The notes beneath the pieces were generated by a model that worked only from the letters and a program-made list of their open reading frames with translations, did no database searches and had not been told where the DNA came from. From Deltaproteobacteria bacterium (lineage in GTDB: Bacteria; Desulfobacterota; Syntrophia; Syntrophales; Smithellaceae): 58,487 nucleotides of DNA. Position 1 is the stretch's first letter; every line of letters begins with the position of its first letter. The stretch is taken from NCBI GenBank assembly GCA_022711575.1, contig JAKLES010000001.1:1-58487 (forward strand), given 5' to 3'. Shown piece after piece: positions 9,127 to 18,107 of this stretch. The position numbers were made by a program, and so were the translations under genes.

Positions 9127-10053
9127 TTATGGCAGGTACAACAGCGGATCCTGGGGCTTATTCTTATGACGGACTTCAAAGTTGATAAAAGCATCCCCTT
9201 TTTCATCATTTTCGCCGACCAGAGCAATGACTTGACCTTTTCTAACATTTTGGTCCTGTTTGACGTATCTTTCCTTGAGATGCGTATATACTGTCGCAAA
9301 ATTACTGGAATGACGGATGATGATTGTCTCTCCCAATTTTAAACTAGCTGAAAAAATGACCGTTCCTTTAGCCGCTGCTTTAACCTTTGTCCCAGCAGGG
9401 CAAACAATTTTAATCCAACTATTGTTGTGAAATGGCTTATTCGGCTGAACCCCAAAACGGGTTTGCACTTTCCCTTTAACAGGCCATAATAAATGATCTT
9501 TTTCTTGCGTTACTTCATCTTTCTTTTCAATTCTCGGTGGTTTTTCTTCAACTTTCGGCCCGGTTTTTTCAGCCATAGGCTGAGACGGTGCAACTTCCGG
9601 CCTAATACCTAATGATTCGGAAGAGACAGGTTTATCAAGGGCTGTTTTCCCTTCCAACTGCGTCGCATCAACAGGCTTGGAAGACTTTGCCCGATCAGGA
9701 AGTTTCTGATCCCTCAATCCAACGTTGCGCTTGGCATCTGAGTCGGCCTTTCTCGTGGAAACCATGACATCATCGATTACTTGGTCAGCATCGGGAATAA
9801 AAATCACGGAACCTTCTTTAATACTCGAAACATCGCTGATATTATTAATTGCCGTCAAATCCGATAAACTAATCGAATAAGCGCGGGCGATGCTGTAAGC
9901 CGTTTCACCCTTTTTGACGATATGATAAATACCTTTTGCAGGATTTTTTTGTATTGGCGTAGCGGCGCAGGATACGATCATGAGCAATGTAAGGATCATC
10001 AGGAGAAAAGACACCCAAAAATGACGGACATTAACGCCGGTAAACTGATTCAT
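9127..10053 (-). CDS. LysM domain / M23 family metallopeptidase lipoprotein (NlpD-like)
   Basis: Lipoprotein signal (LLMIVSC), LysM (YHIVKKGETAYSIARAYSISLSDLTAINN) and a C-terminal M23/LytM domain. The ATG at 10053-10051 overlaps the pcm stop (ATGA). The longer ORF runs to 10095. Confidence 0.85.
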   Translation of the reverse strand: MNQFTGVNVRHFWVSFLLMILTLLMIVSCAATPIQKNPAKGIYHIVKKGETAYSIARAYSISLSDLTAINNISDVSSIKEGSVIFIPDADQVIDDVMVSTRKADSDAKRNVGLRDQKLPDRAKSSKPVDATQLEGKTALDKPVSSESLGIRPEVAPSQPMAEKTGPKVEEKPPRIEKKDEVTQEKDHLLWPVKGKVQTRFGVQPNKPFHNNSWIKIVCPAGTKVKAAAKGTVIFSASLKLGETIIIRHSSNFATVYTHLKERYVKQDQNVRKGQVIALVGENDEKGDAFINFEVRHKNKPQDPLLYLP

Positions 10054-10703
10054 TCTTTCCATCCACTCTCCCCTATCAGACTGACAAAGCGGCAACCGCC
10101 CAGATCTTCTTTTGTTATCTCAGCCGGGTTTTCCACAGAACGGGTTAATTTAAACAAAGTCTGCTCCTCTCGGCTGCCGATCGGAACAACCAGTTTACCG
10201 CCCGGGACAAGCTGCTCGACCAGATATTGCGGAATCTGCGGAGCGGCAGCGGTCGTAATAATCGCATCAAAAGGCGCTTCCTCTTTCCAGCCGTAAGAGC
10301 CGTCACCAACGCGAATAGCAACATTATAACAGTTGAGTTTGTCCAAAATATTTCGCGCACGGGTGGCGAGTGCAGCCACACGTTCGATAGAAAAAACCCG
10401 ATCAGCAAGCTTTGCTAAAATCGCTGTCTGATAACCCGATCCTGTACCGATTTCCAGGACACGTTCCCGGCCTTTTAAATCCAGAGCCTGCGTCATTAGC
10501 GCAACGATATAGGGCTGAGAAATGGTTTGTTTTTCTCCAATGGGTAGTGGATTGTCGTTATAAGCCTGGTCAATCAAACCTTCATCAACGAAAAGATGCC
10601 GCGGAATAGTTTCCATCACTTTCAATAACTGGGGATCACTGATTGAACGGGCCCGAATCTGGGTCTCCACCATCCGTGTGCGTTGTTTTCTATACCTGTC
10701 CAT
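10050..10703 (-). CDS. pcm: Protein-L-isoaspartate O-methyltransferase
   Basis: The motifs QTISQPYIVALMTQAL, VLEIGTGSGYQTA and LVPGGKLVVP are typical of Pcm. The ATG at 10703 shares one nucleotide with the upstream stop (TGATG). The track start at 10706 is a TTG. Confidence 0.95.
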   Translation of the reverse strand: MDRYRKQRTRMVETQIRARSISDPQLLKVMETIPRHLFVDEGLIDQAYNDNPLPIGEKQTISQPYIVALMTQALDLKGRERVLEIGTGSGYQTAILAKLADRVFSIERVAALATRARNILDKLNCYNVAIRVGDGSYGWKEEAPFDAIITTAAAPQIPQYLVEQLVPGGKLVVPIGSREEQTLFKLTRSVENPAEITKEDLGGCRFVSLIGESGWKE

Positions 10704-11134
10704 CAAATAGCCTGTATTTTTTTCTTTTTCGGAGGGATCTGGTAGATTTTCTGAACCGTTCCATGTCTTCTGAGCCCCAGGGCTTCGCGAGTGACAATCA
10801 AATAATAATATTGGATCTCAGCTTTTTGACATGCCATATTGAATTGATCAATGTTCACATTAATTTCTTCAAAAATCGTTTGCTGATCATGTAAGTCTTC
10901 CCGACCGGGTCCCTTATTCAGTTGAGATCGCAAAGACTGGATCTTTTCTTCAATCTGTTGATCAATCTTCAGCAACTTTTCCAGCGCGTCTTCCACGGCA
11001 AAGCCGGCTCGGCTCAAGACAGCAGCCCGTTCCCGCAATAGTTCCTCACACAAGCTGTCTTGTTGATCCAGTTTTCTCACGGATACCGGCATACCAAAAT
11101 CCTTCCCATCAATACTTTCCGGGGCATCTATCAT
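10703..11134 (-). CDS. Hypothetical coiled-coil protein (143 aa), first gene of the pcm-nlpD operon
   Basis: Clean ORF with an ATG start and no family I recognise. Lysine-rich tail PPKKKKIQAI. Translationally coupled to pcm. Confidence 0.55.
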   Translation of the reverse strand: MIDAPESIDGKDFGMPVSVRKLDQQDSLCEELLRERAAVLSRAGFAVEDALEKLLKIDQQIEEKIQSLRSQLNKGPGREDLHDQQTIFEEINVNIDQFNMACQKAEIQYYYLIVTREALGLRRHGTVQKIYQIPPKKKKIQAI

Positions 11135-11267
11135 TTAAGCGCTTAATTTTCAAGTTAAAAGGGCTTTTCAGATGCAGGACAAGAATATTTTCACTTTACA
11201 GTTTGGGCTTATTTCGTTAGATAATCCTCTCAAAAATAACATATCAAGTGGATAAATTAGTATCTTT

Positions 11268-12851
11268 ATGAACACTGAAATCAAGTTCCCGATGTCTCAA
11301 GCAGTCCGCAACGCCTATGCTGAAGGACAAGAAGACGAAACCCTCCTTCCGCTGGTTTTGGCTAACCATCAAAATGAACCCCTCGGAAGAATCCACCCGG
11401 GCGATTCAGTTATTTTCTATAATATTCGCGGCGAACGCGAAATTGAATTGACACGCAGTTTCACGGAAAAAACTTTCCGTGAATTCCCCGTTCATCAGAC
11501 CCTCAACGTAAACTTTGCGACCATGATTGAATATCAAAAAGGATTAAACGTTGAGGTCGCCTTTCCGCCTCGGGGCGTTCTTTGGGATACATTAGGCGAT
11601 ATCATCGCTGCGCATGGCTTAGTCCAGGCTAAAATAACGGAAGCGGAAAAAGCTGTTCATGTCAGCTTTTTTTTCAACGGTAGGAAAAGTGATCTGCTGC
11701 CTAACGAAGAAAGAATCGTCATTCCGACACGTAAAGACGTTAGGCTGTTTGATGAAGCCCCGGAAATGTCCATTGAAGAAATAACCCGCGCGACCCTCGC
11801 CAAAATAAAAGATCCTTCCTGCAACTTTACTGTCGTGAATTTTCCGAATGTGGATGTTGTTGGTCATGTTGAAAACGAACCGGCTGTGATCCGCGCAATT
11901 CAGGCGGTGGACCAGCATGCCGGAATCCTGATTGATGCAGCGCTCAAAGAAAAGTTGACCGTCATCGTCACAGCCGACCATGGCACGGTAGAAAAATGGC
12001 TTTATCCGGACGGAGGCGTGGATACGGGACACACGGACAGCCCCGTGCCATTTATCCTGCTGCACCCGAATGCAACATTAACCCTGAAGCCGAAAGGAGA
12101 GTTGACGGACATCGCTCCGACCATTCTGGATATTATCGGTTTACCTATACCAACTTCGATGACCGGTGCTTCTCTCATTGAACAAAACAAAAATTCCTTC
12201 GCTCCCGTGCAACGATTATTGTTGATGATACTGGACGGGTGGGGACTCTGCGAAAGCACAAAAGGCAATCTGATCGCCTGCGCTGAAACACCGGTGATGG
12301 ATAGGCTCATGAAAAACTATCCCTCATCGCGCCTTGACGCATCAGGTGTGGCCGTGGGGCTGCCACCGCAAACCGTGGGTAATTCGGAAGCGGGGCATCT
12401 GCACATAGGCGCGGGTCGACGGATTTATTCCGACCGCCTTAACATTGATCAGTCCATCGCCAATCGTGATTTCTACAGAAACCAGGTCTTCACCGACATC
12501 ATGAGCCTGACTAAACAAAACGGTTCAGCTCTTCACATGATGGGCATTGTCTCTTTTTTTAGTTCTCATGGTTCCATTGATCATCTTTTCGCCTTAATGC
12601 ACATGGCCAAACAACAAGGCATTCCCCGTCTCTTTATTCATGGAATGCTGGGCAGACGCGGAGAACAGGCGGAAAGTGGTGCCCGCTATATTCAACAGGT
12701 AGAGAGAAAGTGTCTCTCCTTGCAACTGGGACAGGTTGTATCCGTCATTGGCCGCTACTGGTCTATGGATCGCGAGGACAACTGGGACCGGATTGAAAAA
12801 ACCTATCGTATGCTGGTTTACGGAGAAGGGAACACCATCTCCGCGGAGTAA
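11268..12851 (+). CDS. gpmI: 2,3-bisphosphoglycerate-independent phosphoglycerate mutase homologue with swapped (circularly permuted) segment order
   Basis: aa 1-305 carry motifs of the C-terminal part of canonical GpmI: VIFYNIRGERE, ITEAEKAVHVSFFFNG, NFPNVDVVGH, VTADHGT, TGHTDSPVPF and the terminal MTGASLI. aa 316-527 carry the N-terminal motifs: LMILDGWG, TPVMD, GLPPQTVGNSEAGHLHIGAGR, GRYWSMDREDNWDRIEKTYRMLVYGEG. It is a single uninterrupted ORF. Confidence 0.85.
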   Translation: MNTEIKFPMSQAVRNAYAEGQEDETLLPLVLANHQNEPLGRIHPGDSVIFYNIRGEREIELTRSFTEKTFREFPVHQTLNVNFATMIEYQKGLNVEVAFPPRGVLWDTLGDIIAAHGLVQAKITEAEKAVHVSFFFNGRKSDLLPNEERIVIPTRKDVRLFDEAPEMSIEEITRATLAKIKDPSCNFTVVNFPNVDVVGHVENEPAVIRAIQAVDQHAGILIDAALKEKLTVIVTADHGTVEKWLYPDGGVDTGHTDSPVPFILLHPNATLTLKPKGELTDIAPTILDIIGLPIPTSMTGASLIEQNKNSFAPVQRLLLMILDGWGLCESTKGNLIACAETPVMDRLMKNYPSSRLDASGVAVGLPPQTVGNSEAGHLHIGAGRRIYSDRLNIDQSIANRDFYRNQVFTDIMSLTKQNGSALHMMGIVSFFSSHGSIDHLFALMHMAKQQGIPRLFIHGMLGRRGEQAESGARYIQQVERKCLSLQLGQVVSVIGRYWSMDREDNWDRIEKTYRMLVYGEGNTISAE

Positions 12852-12857
12852 GGAAAA

Positions 12858-13388
12858 ATGCAGGCTACATTTAATCAAACACTCATCGAGCTTGTCCTTG
12901 GGGATATCACCCAAGAAAACACGGATGCCATTGTCAACGCCGCTAACAGCTGTCTGGCTGGTGGCGCGGGAGTAGATGGCGCCATTCATCGTGCCGGCGG
13001 GCCCGCCATTATGGCCGAATGCCGTCAAATCGGAGCCTGCCCGACAGGTCAGGCGGTCATCACGACGGGTGGCAACCTTAAGGCCCGATATGTTATCCAT
13101 ACGGTCGGACCGATCTACCGCGGCGGTACGCACAACGAGACCCATCTGCTTGAGTCTGCCTATAAAAACAGCCTGAAGCTGGCTCGTAAGAAAGGCTTAC
13201 AGAGCATTGCCTTTCCGGCTATAAGCTGCGGCATTTATGCTTATCCCATCCATGAAGCAGCGCACTTGGCGCTGAAATCCTGCGTCGAATTTGTGCGGGT
13301 AAATACAGAGATTCAACTCATCCGACACGTTTTATTTGATCAACGAACATTTGACATTTTTGCACACGAATTTAAAAAATTAACATAA
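12858..13388 (+). CDS. Macrodomain protein (O-acetyl-ADP-ribose deacetylase / ADP-ribose-binding, YmdB-like)
   Basis: GDITQENTDAIVNAANSCLAGGAGVDGAIHRAGGP, VIHTVGPIY and IAFPAISCGIYAYP. Starts 7 nt after the gpmI-like stop, with AAGGA upstream. Confidence 0.9.
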   Translation: MQATFNQTLIELVLGDITQENTDAIVNAANSCLAGGAGVDGAIHRAGGPAIMAECRQIGACPTGQAVITTGGNLKARYVIHTVGPIYRGGTHNETHLLESAYKNSLKLARKKGLQSIAFPAISCGIYAYPIHEAAHLALKSCVEFVRVNTEIQLIRHVLFDQRTFDIFAHEFKKLT

Positions 13389-13421
13389 CCAAGAACATAC
13401 CGCCTTCATGGAAGCAAAACC

Positions 13422-13922
13422 ATGAGAAAAAAATATTCACAGACACGATTACAACCCATCGGCGATATCCTGTTTTCCGCTTTTAAAAAAAGAGGCATGG
13501 CCGCCAAACTGGAAGAAAACGCCTTGTTCAAACTCTGGCCGGAAGCGGTCGGCGCGCAAATTACTTTGCAGACGCAACCCGAGAGCTGGCATGCAGGAAC
13601 TCTTTTTGTAAAAACAACTTCTTCCGTCTGGGTACAGCAACTGCATTTCATGAAAAATGACATCCGGCAAAAAATGAACCAGCTTGCCGGGAAGACAGCG
13701 ATCAAAGAAATTTATTTTACGGTCGGATACAAGCCTGCTAATAAAAATAAAAGATACAATGCCGCAGGCTCCCAAAAGATTATTCTCAAGGAAAGGGATA
13801 AAAAGATGATCGCCGAATGTACCGAAGCACTGGCGGATCGCGAACTAGCCGAGATAGTGAAGCGGGTCATGAAATCGGAAATCAGCCGCCGCCGGAGTCT
13901 TGAGGAGAAGCCAGGCCGGTAA
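13422..13922 (+). CDS. DUF721 (DciA-like) domain protein
   Basis: The pattern ...KLWPEAVG.....T.P.....GTLFV.T.SSVW.QQL.F.K..I..K.N matches DUF721. The 3' end overlaps the convergent methyltransferase gene by 41 nt. Confidence 0.7.
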   Translation: MRKKYSQTRLQPIGDILFSAFKKRGMAAKLEENALFKLWPEAVGAQITLQTQPESWHAGTLFVKTTSSVWVQQLHFMKNDIRQKMNQLAGKTAIKEIYFTVGYKPANKNKRYNAAGSQKIILKERDKKMIAECTEALADRELAEIVKRVMKSEISRRRSLEEKPGR

Positions 13923-14637
13923 AAATATTTTTCATATCCTTTGTATATTTCTTATGCTGTTCATAAATAATAAGTGGCGGCTCCATTTTAAGTTCTTCGC
14001 GTGAACCACTTCGTCCCTCAACCAGCACAAATTCCGCAGTGGATGCGGCATCAGAAAACACCAGCTTCATTCTTTTGGGTTCAATATCTTTTTTGCGAAA
14101 CAAGCTGATCATCTCAACCATGCGGGCAGCCGGATAAATGCTGAATACCCGTCCTTTCGGTTTGAGCAGATATTGCGACGCCGAAAGAAATTCTGAAAGC
14201 GATCCTTTAATCTCATGACGCGCCACAGCTTTCTCCGGAAGAGGATTCATCCGACCGGAATCAAGCTTGCGATAAGGTGGATTAAAAATGATATTATCAA
14301 AGGAGTGAGGTTGGTAGATTTTTTTAACTTCCCGCGCATCCCCTGTATCAATGGTCACGCGATGGCTTAGGCCATTTTGCTCAACATTTTTTTTCGCCAA
14401 GTCCGCCAGAGCCTGTTGAATTTCCAGCCCGTACCAGCGCGATTGCACATAAAGATTGGCTAAAACAAGCGCAATGACACCATTGCCGCAACCCAGATCC
14501 AGATTAACGGTTCTAGATTTTAAATCCACAAAGTGAGCCAGAATAATCGAATCCAGATTAAAACGGTATCCGCGCTTGCTCTGATGGATCTTCAGGCTTC
14601 CCTCCAGAATTTCATCAACCGTTTCTTCGCCCATCAT
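13882..14637 (-). CDS. N6-adenine-type SAM methyltransferase (tRNA1(Val) m6A37 TrmN6/YfiC-like)
   Basis: YRFNLDSIILAHF, motif I DLGCGNGVIAL, and catalytic IIFNPPY. Confidence 0.75.
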   Translation of the reverse strand: MMGEETVDEILEGSLKIHQSKRGYRFNLDSIILAHFVDLKSRTVNLDLGCGNGVIALVLANLYVQSRWYGLEIQQALADLAKKNVEQNGLSHRVTIDTGDAREVKKIYQPHSFDNIIFNPPYRKLDSGRMNPLPEKAVARHEIKGSLSEFLSASQYLLKPKGRVFSIYPAARMVEMISLFRKKDIEPKRMKLVFSDAASTAEFVLVEGRSGSREELKMEPPLIIYEQHKKYTKDMKNIFTGLASPQDSGGG

Positions 14638-14756
14638 TCCATGATCCTTCGTTAAAGCAACGATCTGGTGGAATCCGATCCATTATTGACGCCCCCGTAA
14701 TATGACTACGAACCTGTCATTCCCTCACTGATGAGGCTATAAAAGCCAATTTCTTG

Positions 14757-15944
14757 TTATTTGAGAATCAGAAAGTACAGTTCTCCGTTTTCTTTCAGGC
14801 TGCCGGCGGTAGCCTGCGCTTTGGAGCCGAATCCGCAGAATAAATCGACGCGCCCCGGACCTTTGATCGCTGATCCCTTATCCTGATTCAAAACGAAGCG
14901 CGAAAAATCGACGCGCTTGACGACCTTATAATCTTCATCCAAAATAGGTTTGCGCAGGCGGATAAAAGACAGCGCCCCTTGCGGAAAATAGTCCGGATCC
15001 GTTGCAATCGAGCGGTCCGGCGTCACCGACTGCCCCAGGGAACCAACCGGTTCCCTGTCAACAAAACGGAAAAAAATGTAGCGTTCATTGTAGCTGAGAA
15101 TCTCAAAGATCTCTTTTTCGCTTTTACTTTTGAGCCACGTTTTGAAGCCGCAGTAAGATGAATCGCTTCTGTCAATTTTATTTTGGTCCAGCATGCTCAG
15201 GGTCACAGAACGGAAAGGCCTGCCGTTGTTCTGGGCATAACTGACCGTTAGGATTTTCCCGTCTTCCAGTTTAATTTTCCCCGATCCCTGGACATGCAGG
15301 GAACTCAGTTCCACGGGATCGGACACCCAAATCAGCTCCAACCCCTTGCCTTTCAATACGCCATCGATATCGATTTCGCGTCTCGTGTAATAGGGAATGA
15401 TCCGTCCGTTTTCGTTCCGGCCGATCTTTGTGTCATGGGCCGAAACTTTTTCCATGACGATATCCGGCGGGGATTTATACAGAGGGTATTTGTATTTGTT
15501 CGTCTGTGTTAGAGATCCTTCCAACAGTGGTTCATAATAGCCAGTAAATACGATAGAACCGTCGCCATTCGCTCCCACCGCGCGCAGCACGAGAAAATCC
15601 TCTGCGATTTGTTTTTTCTTCTGTTCAACACTTTTGTTGGATTGAAGAATTCCTTTGAAAGCAATCAGTGTTTCTTTCATCTGATTTGCACCAACCAGTC
15701 GATCCCCAATCCGGAATATCTGATTGCGTCCTGCGCCGTTATAGTAGGCAAGGCTTCGGTCAATGGCAAGCACAAGTGACGCGATATCCAGATCATCATT
15801 AAAATCCAAGCCCGATGCATCGATCTGCGTCAGCGCGCGCTCGGGTGGCGCCGCTCCGGGCTTATACGTCACTTTCCGAGCACAACCGACTAAAACAACA
15901 ACAATTATCAACAGCAGGAGAAAAAGGTTTTGCAGATGTTTCAT
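14757..15944 (-). CDS. mltA: Membrane-bound lytic murein transglycosylase A
   Basis: Lipoprotein signal (LVGC), the MltA-specific domain (FTGYYEP, LHVQGSG) and a C-terminal 3D domain (RSIATDPDYFPQGALSF...D.GSAIKGPGRVDLF). Confidence 0.85.
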   Translation of the reverse strand: MKHLQNLFLLLLIIVVVLVGCARKVTYKPGAAPPERALTQIDASGLDFNDDLDIASLVLAIDRSLAYYNGAGRNQIFRIGDRLVGANQMKETLIAFKGILQSNKSVEQKKKQIAEDFLVLRAVGANGDGSIVFTGYYEPLLEGSLTQTNKYKYPLYKSPPDIVMEKVSAHDTKIGRNENGRIIPYYTRREIDIDGVLKGKGLELIWVSDPVELSSLHVQGSGKIKLEDGKILTVSYAQNNGRPFRSVTLSMLDQNKIDRSDSSYCGFKTWLKSKSEKEIFEILSYNERYIFFRFVDREPVGSLGQSVTPDRSIATDPDYFPQGALSFIRLRKPILDEDYKVVKRVDFSRFVLNQDKGSAIKGPGRVDLFCGFGSKAQATAGSLKENGELYFLILK

Positions 15945-16399
15945 AGTTCGATAATCATGGCAATTTCATCACAGTAGTCGGGATATTTGGGACAGCGGAA
16001 ACAGTCCGACCAGATTTTCTCCGGCAAAATGGAACGGTCCACTTCTTTGAAGCCGAGTCTGGCAAAAAATTCTTTTTTATACGTCAGTGAAAATATTCGA
16101 AACAGCTCCAAGGTAATGGCTTCGGAAATACAGAATTCAACCAGTTTTCGGCCAATGCCTTTCTTTCGGCACACATCGTCCACATAAAGAGAACGGATTT
16201 CAGCCAGATTTTCCCAGATAATATTCATCGCGCAGATTCCTACAATATTCTGTTCATCTTCATCAAAATAAACAATAAAATCCCGCACGGAATTATAGAT
16301 ATCCATTAAGGAACGCGGTAGCATTTCACCTTTTCCCGCCGACTGATTAATTAAGCGATGAATGGTTTTGACGTCACCGATGCGCGCTTTTCTTAGCAT
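15941..16399 (-). CDS. GNAT family N-acetyltransferase (ArgA-short-form-like)
   Basis: Acetyl-CoA motif RKKGIGRKLVEF. ATGA overlap with mltA and a 26-nt overlap with the recN 3' end. Confidence 0.8.
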   Translation of the reverse strand: MLRKARIGDVKTIHRLINQSAGKGEMLPRSLMDIYNSVRDFIVYFDEDEQNIVGICAMNIIWENLAEIRSLYVDDVCRKKGIGRKLVEFCISEAITLELFRIFSLTYKKEFFARLGFKEVDRSILPEKIWSDCFRCPKYPDYCDEIAMIIEL

Positions 16400-18107
16400 G
16401 CTTGCTCCTTCCTGTATTCACCGTAGCATGTGCCGCCGCCGCGGCAAGCAACTCACGGGCGTGGTCTCTGGCGGTTTCAGGCACATCCACACCACCCAGC
16501 ATCCGGCTAATCTCTTCTATTTTCTGCTCATCATCGATCTTTTCCACCAAGGTGGAGGTTCGGCCGTCAACCACTTGTTTGCTTACCCGCAAGTGCGGGC
16601 CGCCGAAACTGGCAATCTGCGGCAAATGCGTGATGCAAATAACCTGATGATGGGCCGATATTTCTTTCAATTTGCGTCCGACAATTTCCGCCGTGGCGCC
16701 GCCAATGCCGCTATCCACTTCATCAAACACAACCGTGGCGACCGATCCGGTCTGCGATAAAACGTTCTTCAGTGCCAGCACGACACGCGACAACTCACCA
16801 CCGGAGGCGATTTTGTTTAATGCTTTGGGTTCTTCGCCGGCGTTGGCCGTCAGATAGAATTCTATTTCATCGCCTCCTTTTGGGCCATAATCATTATCCG
16901 TTTCGGAACAGCGTCTCAGGAACCGGGCAAAGAAGTAAGCGTGTGGCATATTCAAATCGTGTATGGCTGCATCGACTGCCTCTTTCAGCAAAATGGCCGC
17001 GCGTTGCCGCAAACCTGAGAGCGCCAACGCTTTTTCGCGCAGATCGCCCATGATCTTGTCTTTTTCTTGCGTGCGATTCGTAAGCTCCTCTGCCACATTG
17101 GAAACGTGCTGCAACTCATCTTCCATATCCTGTTTTTTAGCCAATACAGCTTCCATCGATCCGCCGTATTTCCGTTTCAGCCTGTTGATCACATCGAGGC
17201 GTTCGTCAATCGTTGCGAGTCGTTCAGGATCAAAAACCAGCGTCCTGCCATAATCACGCAATGTGATCGCCGCTTCCTGCAAAACGATGAAACTGCCTTC
17301 CAACTCGGAAAGGGAAAGATGCAAGCCCGGATCAATTTTCTGTATTTCCTTGATCTGCGAAAGAACTTCTTTAAGCTGATCACTTACGCAACGGTTCTCT
17401 GCATAAAGCAATGCGTAGGCCTGATTAGCATAATCCGTAAGCTTCCGAGCGTTGACCAGCACTTTTTTTTCATCAACCAGCGCAGAGTCTTCTCCCAAGC
17501 GAGGATTAAGATCTGCTATTTCTTTGAGCTGAAACTGGATCAGATCGATTTTATCCGAACGCTGACGGCGCATGTTTTCCAGCTTTTCCATGCGGTCTAG
17601 AATGTGCTGATATTGAAAATAGACGGTTTCAAAAGCCTTACGCGCCGAGAGGCAACCGCCGAATTCATCAAGAATATCAATATGATTTTCGGCAAGAAGA
17701 ATCATCTGATGTTCATGCTGTCCGCAAATATTAATCAACGATTCACCGACGCGTGCCAGATTGTTCAGCGTGGCCATTTGCCCGTTGATTTGCACCCTGT
17801 TTTTACCGGTGCGCGAAATCACCCGACGGATGACCAGTTGCTCCCCAGCTGGAAATCCCATTTCGGAGAGTCGTTCCTGAAGGGCTGTATCCCTTTGAAT
17901 GTCAAAGAGCGCTTCCACAGTGGCGGTATCCGCCTGCGTCCGAATCATCTCCGCCGTTGCCCGATCCCCAAGAAGCAAACTGACCGCGCCGATCAGAATC
18001 GATTTTCCCGCTCCGGTTTCTCCTGAAATGATGTTCAGACCTTCATCAAAAGAAACATGAAGTTCGTCAATGATGGCAAAGTTTGTAATGCTCAGTTCAT
18101 TAAGCAT
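16374..18107 (-). CDS. recN: DNA repair protein RecN
   Basis: Walker A GETGAGKS, a long coiled-coil, the SMC signature SGGELSR, and Walker B VVFDEVDSGIGG. Confidence 0.95.
   Translation of the reverse strand: MLNELSITNFAIIDELHVSFDEGLNIISGETGAGKSILIGAVSLLLGDRATAEMIRTQADTATVEALFDIQRDTALQERLSEMGFPAGEQLVIRRVISRTGKNRVQINGQMATLNNLARVGESLINICGQHEHQMILLAENHIDILDEFGGCLSARKAFETVYFQYQHILDRMEKLENMRRQRSDKIDLIQFQLKEIADLNPRLGEDSALVDEKKVLVNARKLTDYANQAYALLYAENRCVSDQLKEVLSQIKEIQKIDPGLHLSLSELEGSFIVLQEAAITLRDYGRTLVFDPERLATIDERLDVINRLKRKYGGSMEAVLAKKQDMEDELQHVSNVAEELTNRTQEKDKIMGDLREKALALSGLRQRAAILLKEAVDAAIHDLNMPHAYFFARFLRRCSETDNDYGPKGGDEIEFYLTANAGEEPKALNKIASGGELSRVVLALKNVLSQTGSVATVVFDEVDSGIGGATAEIVGRKLKEISAHHQVICITHLPQIASFGGPHLRVSKQVVDGRTSTLVEKIDDEQKIEEISRMLGGVDVPETARDHARELLAAAAAHATVNTGRSKHAKKSAHR

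Noticed and set aside
12594-13145. A 183-aa minus-strand ORF spanning the iPGM-like / macrodomain junction
   Set aside because: It is antisense to two well-supported plus-strand genes and has no motifs. Spurious.
13882-13922. A 41-nt convergent overlap between the DUF721 gene and the NPPY methyltransferase gene
   Set aside because: Both C-terminal tails are unconserved-looking extensions. The overlap is probably just two stop codons lying past each other and not a regulatory feature. It is noted in the feature evidence only.
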